64,000 nt of DNA, from positions 15,272-79,271 of the forward strand of contig JAQBYN010000014.1 of NCBI GenBank assembly GCA_027622715.1, written 5' to 3'. The notes under the pieces are model-generated. The model made no database searches and had not been told where the DNA came from. It worked only from the letters and a program-made list of their open reading frames with translations. The position numbers were made by a program, and so were the translations under genes. The stretch is from Pseudomonadota bacterium (lineage in GTDB: Bacteria > Pseudomonadota > Alphaproteobacteria > SHVP01). This document shows positions 55,649-64,000 of the stretch, piece by piece (the stretch's first letter is position 1; each line of letters opens with the position of its first letter).

Positions 55649-56406
55649 CGCGCATCGGCCGCCGCGATGATGGACCAAAAGTCCTCGATCTTCAGACTGG
55701 CGCCCCCAACCAGCGCCCCGTCAACGGCATCCACGTCAAGAATATCGCCGGCATTCGCGGCATTGACCGATCCGCCGTAAATAATCCGAATCTCGGTCGC
55801 TGCAGCCTTGAGCGCGCCGTCTAGGACGGCCCGGATGTGTCTGTGAACCGCGGCGATTTCGTCCAGTGTCGGTGTGCTCCCCGAACCAATCGCCCACACT
55901 GGCTCATAGGCAATCACCGTATTGTCGCCCTGCGCGCCTGGCGGCAACGATCCTACGACTTGCCCCTCGACGACAGATAATGCGTTGCCCGCGTCGCGTT
56001 CGGCCCGCGTCTCCCCGACGCAGACAATTGCGGTCATCCCGGCGCGGAGTACCGCCGCTGCCTTGGCCCGGACCTGGGCGTCGCCTTCAGCGTGATCGGC
56101 ACGCCGCTCGGAATGCCCGACGATAACGTAGCTGCAACCCGTGTCGCGCAGCATCTCAGCGCTAATGTCGCCGGTGTGGGCGCCCTTCTCGTCGGCGTGG
56201 CAGTCCTGACCGCCCAACTTGATGACGCCAGCGTCAAAGGCGCGGTCGATTTTAGCCAGCAATGTCGCTGGTGGGCACACAACGACATCGCACGTCGGTT
56301 TGTTGGCAAGGGCCTTTGCCGCGAGGCCACCGGCCAGGGCGATGCCCTCTGCGCGCAACCCGTTCATTTTCCAATTTCCGGCAATCAGCCTGCGCCGTTC
56401 GGCCAC
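55645..56406 (-). CDS. tpiA: Triosephosphate isomerase
   Basis: LIAGNWKMNG, VVGHSERR, AYEPVWAIGSG, IIYGGSV TIM motifs. Start tentatively at the GTG preceding RRRLIAGNWK; the ORF track start at 56460 is possible. Confidence 0.85.
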   Translation of the reverse strand: MAERRRLIAGNWKMNGLRAEGIALAGGLAAKALANKPTCDVVVCPPATLLAKIDRAFDAGVIKLGGQDCHADEKGAHTGDISAEMLRDTGCSYVIVGHSERRADHAEGDAQVRAKAAAVLRAGMTAIVCVGETRAERDAGNALSVVEGQVVGSLPPGAQGDNTVIAYEPVWAIGSGSTPTLDEIAAVHRHIRAVLDGALKAAATEIRIIYGGSVNAANAGDILDVDAVDGALVGGASLKIEDFWSIIAAADAR

Positions 56407-56605
56407 GTTCAACGCTCCATGTCGTGGGTCCGCACCCGCTGAGGCCCCAAGGCCGTGCATAACAGATTTGTGACGGAGGGCCTAGACGGCGCGCCGTAGT
56501 CGCGTTTCCGCGGATTCGATAGGGTCCTGGCGGTTGCGGGCGCGTCCGGCGAGGGCTATATCGACTCTGCGGCCACTCAATTCACGCCCGTCAGGATCAA
56601 CCAGT

Positions 56606-58546
56606 ATGCTCGACTCGATTCGCCAAGGTATCAGTTCCTGGGTCATCAAGATTCTTCTGGGACTCCTCATCCTCAGCTTTGCGGTATGGGGTGTTGGCGA
56701 CATTTTTCTGGGCGCCGGGCAAAATCGAGCCGTTGCCACGGTAGCCGGCAAAGACATAACGACGGCCGAATTCGTTCGGTCCTACCAGCGCGACCTCCAA
56801 GAGCTATCGAATCGCGCGGGACGCTCGCTATCGGCTGACGAGGCGCGCCAATTCGGGCTTGTGCGCCAGACCATCTCGCGCATGGTCGTTCAAACCATGT
56901 TGGGCGAGACGGCGCGCGACTACGGCCTAAGTGTCAGCGACGACTTGGTCCGCGACGCGGTTTGGGCGACAGACGCGTTCCACGACGTGACCGGCCGCTT
57001 CGATCAGAATCGTTTTCTTCAGACGTTGGCGCGCAACGGACTATCAGAAGAAGAGTTTGTCTCCAGCATTCGCCGCGATCTCACCCGCGACCAACTCCTG
57101 TCCAGCATTTCGGTCGGCACCTTCGCGCCGGGCCCGCTGATCGAACCCATTTTTATGCATCGTCAGGAACGCCGGGTGGCCCAGCTTGCTGTGGTGAGTT
57201 TGTCCCAGATCGATGATCCCACTCCGCCCGATCAATCGACCCTCGTACGGTTCCATGAAGAGAACGAGGCCCGCTACATTGCCCCCGAGTACCGCTCGGC
57301 GACCTATGTTTGGATCGCGCCGAATGCGCTGATCGACGAGATCGAGGTCACCCAGGACGAGCTCGAGAGAACCTATCGCGCCCGCCTCGACAGCTATTTC
57401 ACGGCCGAACGACGCGCCGTCGAGCAACTGATCTTTGAGACCGCGGAGGCGGCGCTCAGCGCACGGGATCGTCTTGCTGCCGGCGCGGATATCGCGGCGA
57501 TCGCCAACGACGGCGCCGCGTTGAACCAAGGCGCCACGGATCTTGGCCTTGTCGAGTGGCTGGACTTGCCTGAAGACCTCGGCGACGTGATCTTCGAGTT
57601 GGGGCTGCGCATAGTAAGCGAGCCCTTCGAGAGCGCCTTCGGTTACCACGTCATCCGCGTCAATGAGATCACGCCTGAAGGCACCCGGCCGCTTGAGGAC
57701 GTTCGTGCCGAATTGGAAAGTGAAATTCGCCGCACTCGGGCTTTTGACGGGATGGAGGATTTGGTCGCACGACTCGAAGATGAAATGGCCGGTGGCCGAA
57801 CGCTAGAGGATGCCGCCGTGCGGGTTCGCCTGACATCGACCCGGCTTGACGCCATTGATAATGCGGGCCGCGACCGTGCCGCCAACCCGATTGAAGGCAT
57901 CCCCGATCTAGAGCGTTTCGTCGAGACGGTCTTTGCGACGGACGCCGGGCAAATCAGCGACCCCAGGGAATCGGGTGGCGGTGGTTTCTTTTTGGTGCGG
58001 GTCGATGCGGTGAACCGGGAAGCTGCACGACCATTGGCTGAAATCCGCGATGTCGTCGTGGAAGATTGGACTCGCGACTACAAGATGCGCGCCGCCCAGC
58101 GGACCGCCGAGGAGATTCTAGCGGCCGCGCGCGTTGGCGGAACCTTGGAAGAACTCGCCCAAGAGAAAGGCGCGCGACTGATCAAGAGCCAAGCCTTGAC
58201 GCGGACCAGCGGGCGCGTTCAGCCGGAGGTTTCCGGCGATCTGGTCTCCGGGTTGTTCGAGATCAACACGGGCGAATACGCGTCGGCAGAAACCGCTGAC
58301 GGCGATGGTTTCGCCGTGGCCCGGCTGGATGAAATTATCGAAGCGGCACCGGATCCCGACAACGTTGTCCTATCGCAGTTGCGCGATGTGCTGAATAGCA
58401 GCATGGCGCAAGACATTTTGTCGCAGTACCAGATCGCGTTGCAGGCCCAGGTCGGTGTCCAGGTGAACCAAGGGCTGCTCGAAACGATCGATCTCAACGG
58501 CGTGCCCGTCAATCAGGGCGGTGCGCCGCGGCACGGCGGCTTCTAG
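56606..58546 (+). CDS. ppiD: Periplasmic chaperone PpiD-like (SurA-N domain / parvulin-like PPIase domain protein)
   Basis: N-terminal membrane anchor (WVIKILLGLLILSFAVWGV), long SurA-N-like chaperone region, parvulin-like segment (FESAFGYHVIRV). Start at internal Met MLDSIRQ. Confidence 0.7.
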   Translation: MLDSIRQGISSWVIKILLGLLILSFAVWGVGDIFLGAGQNRAVATVAGKDITTAEFVRSYQRDLQELSNRAGRSLSADEARQFGLVRQTISRMVVQTMLGETARDYGLSVSDDLVRDAVWATDAFHDVTGRFDQNRFLQTLARNGLSEEEFVSSIRRDLTRDQLLSSISVGTFAPGPLIEPIFMHRQERRVAQLAVVSLSQIDDPTPPDQSTLVRFHEENEARYIAPEYRSATYVWIAPNALIDEIEVTQDELERTYRARLDSYFTAERRAVEQLIFETAEAALSARDRLAAGADIAAIANDGAALNQGATDLGLVEWLDLPEDLGDVIFELGLRIVSEPFESAFGYHVIRVNEITPEGTRPLEDVRAELESEIRRTRAFDGMEDLVARLEDEMAGGRTLEDAAVRVRLTSTRLDAIDNAGRDRAANPIEGIPDLERFVETVFATDAGQISDPRESGGGGFFLVRVDAVNREAARPLAEIRDVVVEDWTRDYKMRAAQRTAEEILAAARVGGTLEELAQEKGARLIKSQALTRTSGRVQPEVSGDLVSGLFEINTGEYASAETADGDGFAVARLDEIIEAAPDPDNVVLSQLRDVLNSSMAQDILSQYQIALQAQVGVQVNQGLLETIDLNGVPVNQGGAPRHGGF

Positions 58547-58549
58547 GCC

Positions 58550-59014
58550 TCAGCGCTCTTCGCTCGCGGCCGTCACCGCGCGCTGTCGTTCCCTCACCGA
58601 ATCGGGCCAGCGGCTCTTGATGTAGGCCAAGACCGACCAGATTTCCTCGTCGCTTAGGGCGCCACTGAATGCCGGCATTGTGCTGCGCGGGTTGTACGGT
58701 TTGCCGCCGAGTTTGGTAATTTCAAAAAGCTGCGCATCGGGATGATGCCACGTGTGCCCGCTCTCGTCGTGCGGCGGCGCCGGAAAACTGCCGTCGCTTC
58801 GGGGGCGCCGCCAATCGGCTTCGCCAGCTAGCGTCAAGCCGTGGCAGGACGCGCAATGTTCCCCGTAGATATCGGCACCGGCGGTCACTTGGTTCAAATT
58901 CGCGGGGTCCGCGCGTCGTGGTGGTGGATCGTTTGGCATCAACACAAGGTAACCGCCGACGCTGACGGCAACGCCAACAAGAACGACCGCGGCAATTTTG
59001 GTCGCGGTTCTCAC
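58550..59014 (-). CDS. Mono-haem c-type cytochrome (class I), membrane-anchored/periplasmic
   Basis: N-terminal TM/signal anchor, single CASCHG haem-binding site, Met ligand region (TMPAF). GTG start overlaps the PCuAC stop (GTGA). Confidence 0.7.
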   Translation of the reverse strand: MRTATKIAAVVLVGVAVSVGGYLVLMPNDPPPRRADPANLNQVTAGADIYGEHCASCHGLTLAGEADWRRPRSDGSFPAPPHDESGHTWHHPDAQLFEITKLGGKPYNPRSTMPAFSGALSDEEIWSVLAYIKSRWPDSVRERQRAVTAASEER

Positions 59015-59511
59015 TGACGGTCGCCTTGCCCATGGTGGGGTTCGACCCCACCGCTTTGAATGCGACGCACGGGCGCGGCAACGGTGATGGTCCGACCGTC
59101 CGAGAAGGTGAATGTCAGGTCGACAGACATACCGCTGCGAAAAGGCGTTTTCACCCCCGTGAACATAAAGTGGTGGCCGCCGGGCGCTAGGCTCACCGTT
59201 TCGCCTGGGCGAAACGCCAGCGAGTCAATTGGGCGCATCCGGAGGATGTCGCCATCGCGCGTGGTCGCGTGAAGGACGACCGTGTCGGCGGCCGGGCTCG
59301 TGGCGCCGGTGAGCGTTATCGTGCGCGTGCCAGCGTTATGAAACTCCATGTAGGCAGCACCGGTTGGGGTCGGCCCGATCGACTCGCGAACCCAGCCGCC
59401 GCTGATCCGCAATTCGCCAGTTGTGGCCTCCTGGGCCTCGGCAGGAACAACGGCGAACAGCACAGCAGCCGCAAGCCCGCAGAATATGCGTGAGATTTGG
59501 GCGGCGATCAT
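59011..59511 (-). CDS. Periplasmic copper chaperone PCu(A)C (DUF461)
   Basis: Signal peptide, then H(x)nM-x21/22-HxM-like Cu(I) site elements (HFMFTGV...M) and the beta-sandwich pattern (GGWVRE...AAYMEFHNAG...L) typical of PCuAC. Confidence 0.7.
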   Translation of the reverse strand: MIAAQISRIFCGLAAAVLFAVVPAEAQEATTGELRISGGWVRESIGPTPTGAAYMEFHNAGTRTITLTGATSPAADTVVLHATTRDGDILRMRPIDSLAFRPGETVSLAPGGHHFMFTGVKTPFRSGMSVDLTFTFSDGRTITVAAPVRRIQSGGVEPHHGQGDRQ

Positions 59512-59595
59512 TGGACAACCCTAATCCCGCCCCGTGAATACCGGAACGCGACTTGTTGTCGCTGGCGAGCGGCGGAGTCAGACTTGGTCGTTAGA

Positions 59596-59817
59596 TCAGG
59601 CCGCCAGCCCCTCATAGTTAAAGCCGGCATCTTCGACCGCCGTGCGAATGGCATCGTCGCTTAAGATGCTGTGAACGCTCACTTTGCCGCCCTCCAATTC
59701 AACCGACACCTTGGCGCTAGGGTCCGCGTGTTGAATAGCATTGGTCACGGATTTCACACATCCGCCACAGGTCATTCCTTTGACGAGGTACGTCTGATCA
59801 AACATCGCTTTCATCAT
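59596..59817 (-). CDS. copZ: Heavy-metal-associated (HMA) copper chaperone CopZ
   Basis: 73 aa with GMTCGGC metal-binding motif. Confidence 0.85.
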   Translation of the reverse strand: MMKAMFDQTYLVKGMTCGGCVKSVTNAIQHADPSAKVSVELEGGKVSVHSILSDDAIRTAVEDAGFNYEGLAA

Positions 59818-59820
59818 CTC

Positions 59821-60981
59821 CTAGTTTTGTGACGGTCTTTGAGCGACTTCTTGCTGCCGGTATTGCAGGACAGCGGTTAGCGGTACGAGCGTAAACCCCC
59901 TGCGACGCGCTTCAGGGCCCCAGGTTTCGAGCGCGTCGACGGTCCACGCGTGGGGGTGGCCGATGGCGATCGCGTAACCTTGGCGGCGCGCCACCGCTTC
60001 GGTCAACAACAGTTGACCCAGGACGTGATCTTTATTCGGTTCATTGTCGAGAAACACGTCGCGCCGCAAATAAGGGACGTTCGCCTCTGCGGCAGTTTGT
60101 TGCCCAACCGTTGCAATGGTCGTGCGGGAATCCAAAAACAACAGACCACGCGCCTGCAGCGTCCGCATGAAATGCGCCATCGCTGGGCGATCGGCGGTGA
60201 AGCGGCTTCCCATGTGATTGTTGATTCCGACGTAGCCCTCAAGCCGGGCCAGGTTCCACGCCAAACGCTCATCCAGGATGTCCGGCGTCATGTCGATGGT
60301 GAGGACATTAGGTCCCGTATCGAGTTCAGGATTCAGTGGTTCCATCGGTAGGTGAAGCAGGATTTCGTGCCCGCCCTCGCGGGCGATCGCGGTCTGTTCT
60401 GCGAGGTTATTGACGTACGGCAAGAATGCCATCGTGAGAACGCCGCTATTGAACCCGGCAATGCGCTGGGTCCGCGCGATGTCATGGCCCGAGTCGTCGA
60501 TGACGATGGCGATCATCGGTCCTTCTATCATTGGCGCTGCCGCGGCAAAGCGCCGCCACGCGGCGTCCTCGTTGCCTTGATCGGATACGGTCTGGTCGCG
60601 CGGTTCGATACGGGCTGCCCGTGCCGGCGGTGCGGCCGAGGCCACAAGGGCCAGTTCCGCGAGCCGACGGGATGGGCGATCGCGATCTGGCACCGGCGCG
60701 AGGGCTATTCGTGGTTCAGGTTCGGACGTTGCCAGCGGCACCGGTATTGGCGTCGGCGTGACCGGCGAGGCGCCCGCGCTTTGGCGCTCTCGCGGGGCTG
60801 CGGTGCCGGTTTGCTCGACGGCGGCTTGTTCCACAGAAACCGCCCTAGCGGTATCCCGGCTCGCCAGGGTACCGGTAGTGCCTGCGACGAGTAGCCCCAC
60901 ACCAATCAGCGCGACCACAAGCGCGATGGTCCGCCCCGTCGTCAGCCACTGCCTCAACCTGCGACCATGCATTGAGATCAC
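59821..60981 (-). CDS. Divergent polysaccharide deacetylase family protein (YibQ-like) with N-terminal TM anchor and Pro/Ala-rich linker
   Basis: IAIVIDDSGHD...LTMAFLPYVN...GHEILLHLPMEP...NHMGSRFT match the YibQ family. Stop 4 nt before the copZ start. Confidence 0.7.
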   Translation of the reverse strand: MISMHGRRLRQWLTTGRTIALVVALIGVGLLVAGTTGTLASRDTARAVSVEQAAVEQTGTAAPRERQSAGASPVTPTPIPVPLATSEPEPRIALAPVPDRDRPSRRLAELALVASAAPPARAARIEPRDQTVSDQGNEDAAWRRFAAAAPMIEGPMIAIVIDDSGHDIARTQRIAGFNSGVLTMAFLPYVNNLAEQTAIAREGGHEILLHLPMEPLNPELDTGPNVLTIDMTPDILDERLAWNLARLEGYVGINNHMGSRFTADRPAMAHFMRTLQARGLLFLDSRTTIATVGQQTAAEANVPYLRRDVFLDNEPNKDHVLGQLLLTEAVARRQGYAIAIGHPHAWTVDALETWGPEARRRGFTLVPLTAVLQYRQQEVAQRPSQN

Positions 60982-61045
60982 GGTCTAACCCTCTGATACA
61001 CCACTATTATGCAAGGTACATGATAACGCGCTGAATCGCCACAGG

Positions 61046-61441
61046 CTAGTCCAGGGCGCCAGCTAGGTCGTCGAGAATGGGGCAATCGGGCCGGTCGTCG
61101 CCGTGGCACCGATCTGCCAAATTGCGCAGCGTCGTGCGGATACTCTCGAGTTCGGTGATCTTTTGATCGATCTCGTCGAGGTGGGTTTCGACAATTCCCT
61201 TCACTTCCCCGCTCGCGCGCTTCCGGTCCCGGTAAAGCGATAGCAACTCGGCGACCTCGGCTACCGAAAACCCCAACCCGCGCGACCGCTTGATGAAGTG
61301 AAGTGTCTGGATATCGCGCGCGCTGTACTGCCGGTATCCCGACTCCGAGCGTTCGGCGGGTGGGATCAGATCGATACTTTCGTAATAACGGATTGATTTG
61401 GCCGTCACGCCGGTCTCGGCCGAAGCCTCTCCAATATTCAT
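61046..61441 (-). CDS. cueR: MerR-family Cu(I)-responsive transcriptional regulator CueR
   Basis: N-terminal HTH (MNIGEASAETGVTAKSIRYYESIDLIPP), coiled-coil dimerisation helix, C-terminal metal-binding loop CHGDDRPDCPIL (Cys-x7-Cys as in CueR). ATGA overlap with the copA stop. Confidence 0.8.
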   Translation of the reverse strand: MNIGEASAETGVTAKSIRYYESIDLIPPAERSESGYRQYSARDIQTLHFIKRSRGLGFSVAEVAELLSLYRDRKRASGEVKGIVETHLDEIDQKITELESIRTTLRNLADRCHGDDRPDCPILDDLAGALD

Positions 61442-63921
61442 GATGCGCCTCTCTCGGCAGCCCAGGCCCGCCACCGGCGCAGCAACAGGGCATTAGACAC
61501 CACACTCACACTCGACATCGACATCGCCCCACCGGCCACGGCGGGCGACAGAAACCCAGCGGCGGCCAAGGGAATGGCCACCAGATTAAAAATGAACGCC
61601 CAAAAAAGATTCTGCCAAATCTTGCGATAGGTCGCGCGCGAGGCGCGGATCGCATCGGCAATCAATAAAGGGTCGCCGCGCATCAATGTAATGCCCGCGG
61701 TGTGCATGGCGACATCGGTGCCGGTGCCCATCGCAATGCCGACATCGGCGGCGGCCAGCGCCGGCGCGTCATTGATGCCGTCGCCCACCATCGCCACGAT
61801 CTGGGCGCCGCCCCGCTGCAGTTTGCGCACCTCGGCCGCTTTGTCGTCCGGAAGAACGCCGGCAATGATCGTCGCAATGCCGATGTCGCGACCCACCGCG
61901 TCCGCCGTCCTGGCGTTGTCACCAGTCAGCATCACGGTGCGCACCCCCAGTTCGCCGAGGCGCGCGACCGCAGCCTTGGCGGTGGCCTTGATCCGGTCGG
62001 CCGCCGCGATGACGCCGAGAACTCGGGGCGTGTCGCCGGCCTCAGCGAGCCACATCACGGTGCGGCCTAGATGCTCCCAGTCCTGGGCGCGCGCCTCGAA
62101 CGGATCGCTGGCGGCACCGATTTCGGTGACCAACCGGCGGCTGCCCAAATAAAGCGTCCGGCCTTCAACCACCGCGCGGACCCCGCGCCCGGTCAAACTT
62201 TGGAAGTCGCTCGCCGTGGGCACCGTGACTCCCAACGCGCCGGCGTGGTCAAGAACCGCCCGCGCCAATGGATGCTCGCTGCCATGTTGCAGTGCCGCGG
62301 CAAGGCGGACCAAATCATCGGGTGCCTCGCCCTCGGCCGCCGCAACATCGGTGACGCCGGGCCGCCCTTCCGTCAGCGTGCCGGTCTTATCGAGGACCAC
62401 GATGTTGATACGGTGGCCGTGCTCCAAGGCTTCGGCATCCTTGATCAAGATCCCGGCGCGCGCCGCCACGCCGGTGCCAACCATAATCGCGGTCGGTGTG
62501 GCCAAGCCCAACGCGCACGGGCACGCCACGACCAGGACCGAGACGGCGGCGATGAAGGCATGGGCGAAATCGCCGTCGATGCCCCACCACACGCCGAACG
62601 TCACCACGGCAATGGCGAGCACGATCGGCACGAAAATCGCGCTAACTTTGTCGACCAGGCGTTGCACCGGCGCTTTGCTGGCCTGAGCGCCTTCAACCAT
62701 CTTGATGATGCGCGCCAGCGTCGTATTGGCGCCCACCGCGGTCACCCGAACCCGCAGCAAGCCGGTGCCGTTGATCGCGCCGCCGGTCACCGCGCCGCCG
62801 GTTTCTTTCATCACCGGCATACTTTCGCCGGTGATCAGCGCCTCGTCGACGTCGCTTCGCCCCTCTTCAACCGTGCCGTCGATCGGAATGCGTTCGCCGG
62901 GTCGGATGACGACCAAATCGCCCGTCATGACCTCGCCGAGCGCCACCTCGATCTCCGCGCCGTCGCGTACCACCCGCGCCGTATCGGGGCGCAGCTTCAT
63001 GAGTGCCCGGATCGCCGCTGTGGTGCCCCGCTTGGCACGGCTTTCGAACCAGCGCCCCAGCAGCACAAAGGTGACGATCGCCGCCGCGGCGCCGAAATGC
63101 AGGTGTCCAGGTCCTGCCGGATTGAACGACGGCACCAACCACAAGAACACGCTGAAAAAGTAAGCTGACGACGTGCCGAGCGCGACCAGCAGGTCCATGT
63201 TCCCGGCCCCAGCGCGCAACGCTTTGAACCCAGCCACGTAATATTGGCGACCAAAATAGAATTGCACCGGTGTCGCCAGCGCGAATTGCAGCCACGCCGG
63301 CAAGAATACCGGGCCACCGGCCAGCATCACGAACATCTGCACCAACAACGGCGCGGTCAAAACCGCCGCGCCGAGTAAATGATACAGCCCGCGCCGGGCT
63401 TTGCGCGCGGCGGCGGCGTCCTCGTCGGCGGCGCTCTCCCCGCTCCCTTCACGAACCTTGGCGCCATACCCGGCGCGCGCAACGGCATCAGTCAGCGCAC
63501 GCGGGTCGAGCAATCCTTTGGGCGCGTGGATCACCGCCTGTTCGGTGGCGAGGTTGACCTGAACGCGGTCGACGCCCGGTACCCGGCCCAGCACTTTCTC
63601 GACCCGCCCCACACATGTCGCGCAGGTCATGCCGACGATATCGAGCGTGATGTCTTCGTCGGGCACCGTAAAGCCGGCGCGGGTCACCGCGCTGGCCAGA
63701 TCGGTGGATGTGACCTGCGCCCGGTCAAAGGAAACCTCGGCGCGCTCGGACGCTAGATTGACGCTAACCGCGGCGACCCCGGGAACCCGCTGCAGGGCTT
63801 TTTCGACGCGGGCGACACAACTCGCGCAAGTCATCCCCTCGACCGGCAGGATCAGCTTGTCGGTCGCGATGGATCTGGTCGGGTCCGCGGCGGTCACGCC
63901 GGTAATTTCTTGAATGGCCAT
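61438..63921 (-). CDS. copA: Copper-exporting P1B-type ATPase CopA (two N-terminal HMA domains)
   Basis: Two GMTCASC/GMTCATC HMA motifs, CPC in TM6 (ACPCALGLATP), DKTGTLT phosphorylation site, GDGINDAPAL hinge. 827 aa. Confidence 0.95.
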   Translation of the reverse strand: MAIQEITGVTAADPTRSIATDKLILPVEGMTCASCVARVEKALQRVPGVAAVSVNLASERAEVSFDRAQVTSTDLASAVTRAGFTVPDEDITLDIVGMTCATCVGRVEKVLGRVPGVDRVQVNLATEQAVIHAPKGLLDPRALTDAVARAGYGAKVREGSGESAADEDAAAARKARRGLYHLLGAAVLTAPLLVQMFVMLAGGPVFLPAWLQFALATPVQFYFGRQYYVAGFKALRAGAGNMDLLVALGTSSAYFFSVFLWLVPSFNPAGPGHLHFGAAAAIVTFVLLGRWFESRAKRGTTAAIRALMKLRPDTARVVRDGAEIEVALGEVMTGDLVVIRPGERIPIDGTVEEGRSDVDEALITGESMPVMKETGGAVTGGAINGTGLLRVRVTAVGANTTLARIIKMVEGAQASKAPVQRLVDKVSAIFVPIVLAIAVVTFGVWWGIDGDFAHAFIAAVSVLVVACPCALGLATPTAIMVGTGVAARAGILIKDAEALEHGHRINIVVLDKTGTLTEGRPGVTDVAAAEGEAPDDLVRLAAALQHGSEHPLARAVLDHAGALGVTVPTASDFQSLTGRGVRAVVEGRTLYLGSRRLVTEIGAASDPFEARAQDWEHLGRTVMWLAEAGDTPRVLGVIAAADRIKATAKAAVARLGELGVRTVMLTGDNARTADAVGRDIGIATIIAGVLPDDKAAEVRKLQRGGAQIVAMVGDGINDAPALAAADVGIAMGTGTDVAMHTAGITLMRGDPLLIADAIRASRATYRKIWQNLFWAFIFNLVAIPLAAAGFLSPAVAGGAMSMSSVSVVSNALLLRRWRAWAAERGAS

Positions 63922-63928
63922 GCTAGAG

Positions 63929-63980
63929 ATATAAGGGTTCTAGTTACTGGAAGGTCAAGGTTTCTCGCGCGCTTGACCTT
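63929..63980 (-). promoter_or_regulatory. Putative MerR-type copA promoter: -35 TTGACC and -10 TTATAT/TATATC with an 18-19 bp spacer, embedded in a perfect 9-bp inverted repeat
   Basis: Minus-strand reading: cTTGACC-ttccagtaactagaaccc-TTATATctctagcATG. Plus-strand IR AAGGTCAAG(63951-63959)-12 nt-CTTGACCTT(63972-63980). The second arm carries an oppositely oriented TTGACC. Confidence 0.35.
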
Positions 63981-64000
63981 GCAAGCGTTCCCCTGCTTAG

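Noticed and set aside
58544-58552. Convergent ppiD and cytochrome c stops only 3 bp apart
   Set aside because: There is no room for a terminator, so it was not called as one. Likely transcriptional read-through or overlap. Noted under the copper-cluster finding.

Overview
High-GC (about 65%) alphaproteobacterial chromosomal segment, mostly conserved housekeeping genes. Three long co-oriented gene blocks dominate. The first is mltB-rlpA-dacC-tmk-holB-metG-tatD on the + strand. The second is dusB(nifR3)-ntrB-ntrC-ntrY-ntrX-trkA-trkH-dat ... hfq-hflX on the - strand. The third is pdhA-pdhB-pdhC-lpdA-lipA on the - strand, followed by eno, kdsA, pyrG, secG and tpiA. I call about 68 CDS. I found no rRNA, tRNA, CRISPR array, transposase or integrase. 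Accessory islets sit at 1-6 kb (tandem alpha/beta hydrolase, TauD dioxygenase, ICMT-like methyltransferase and an ECF sigma/anti-sigma pair), 35-39.5 kb (two paralogous MDR oxidoreductases flanking an MFS transporter and a hydrolase), 46.9-51 kb (nnrS, hicAB, racemase-family, DoxX and a secreted hypothetical) and 58.5-64 kb (copper homeostasis cluster copA-cueR, yibQ-like-copZ, PCuAC-cytochrome c). The most unusual observations are four. First, groES and groEL are separated by about 550 bp carrying an opposite-strand Usg-like ORF, and each chaperonin gene is preceded by its own CIRCE-like inverted repeat. Second, a YdfG-like short-chain dehydrogenase carries an in-frame TAA exactly at the catalytic tyrosine codon. 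Third, a roughly 110-bp AT-rich island (about 27% GC) with a perfect 9-bp inverted repeat lies between the MBL hydrolase gene and mazG. Fourth, a MerR-type promoter architecture with a 9-bp perfect inverted repeat sits upstream of copA. I did not find a clear-cut novel multi-gene defence or mobile system; the candidates are listed with their uncertainty. All calls come from manual reading of the six-frame ORF track and the sequence. No database search was run.
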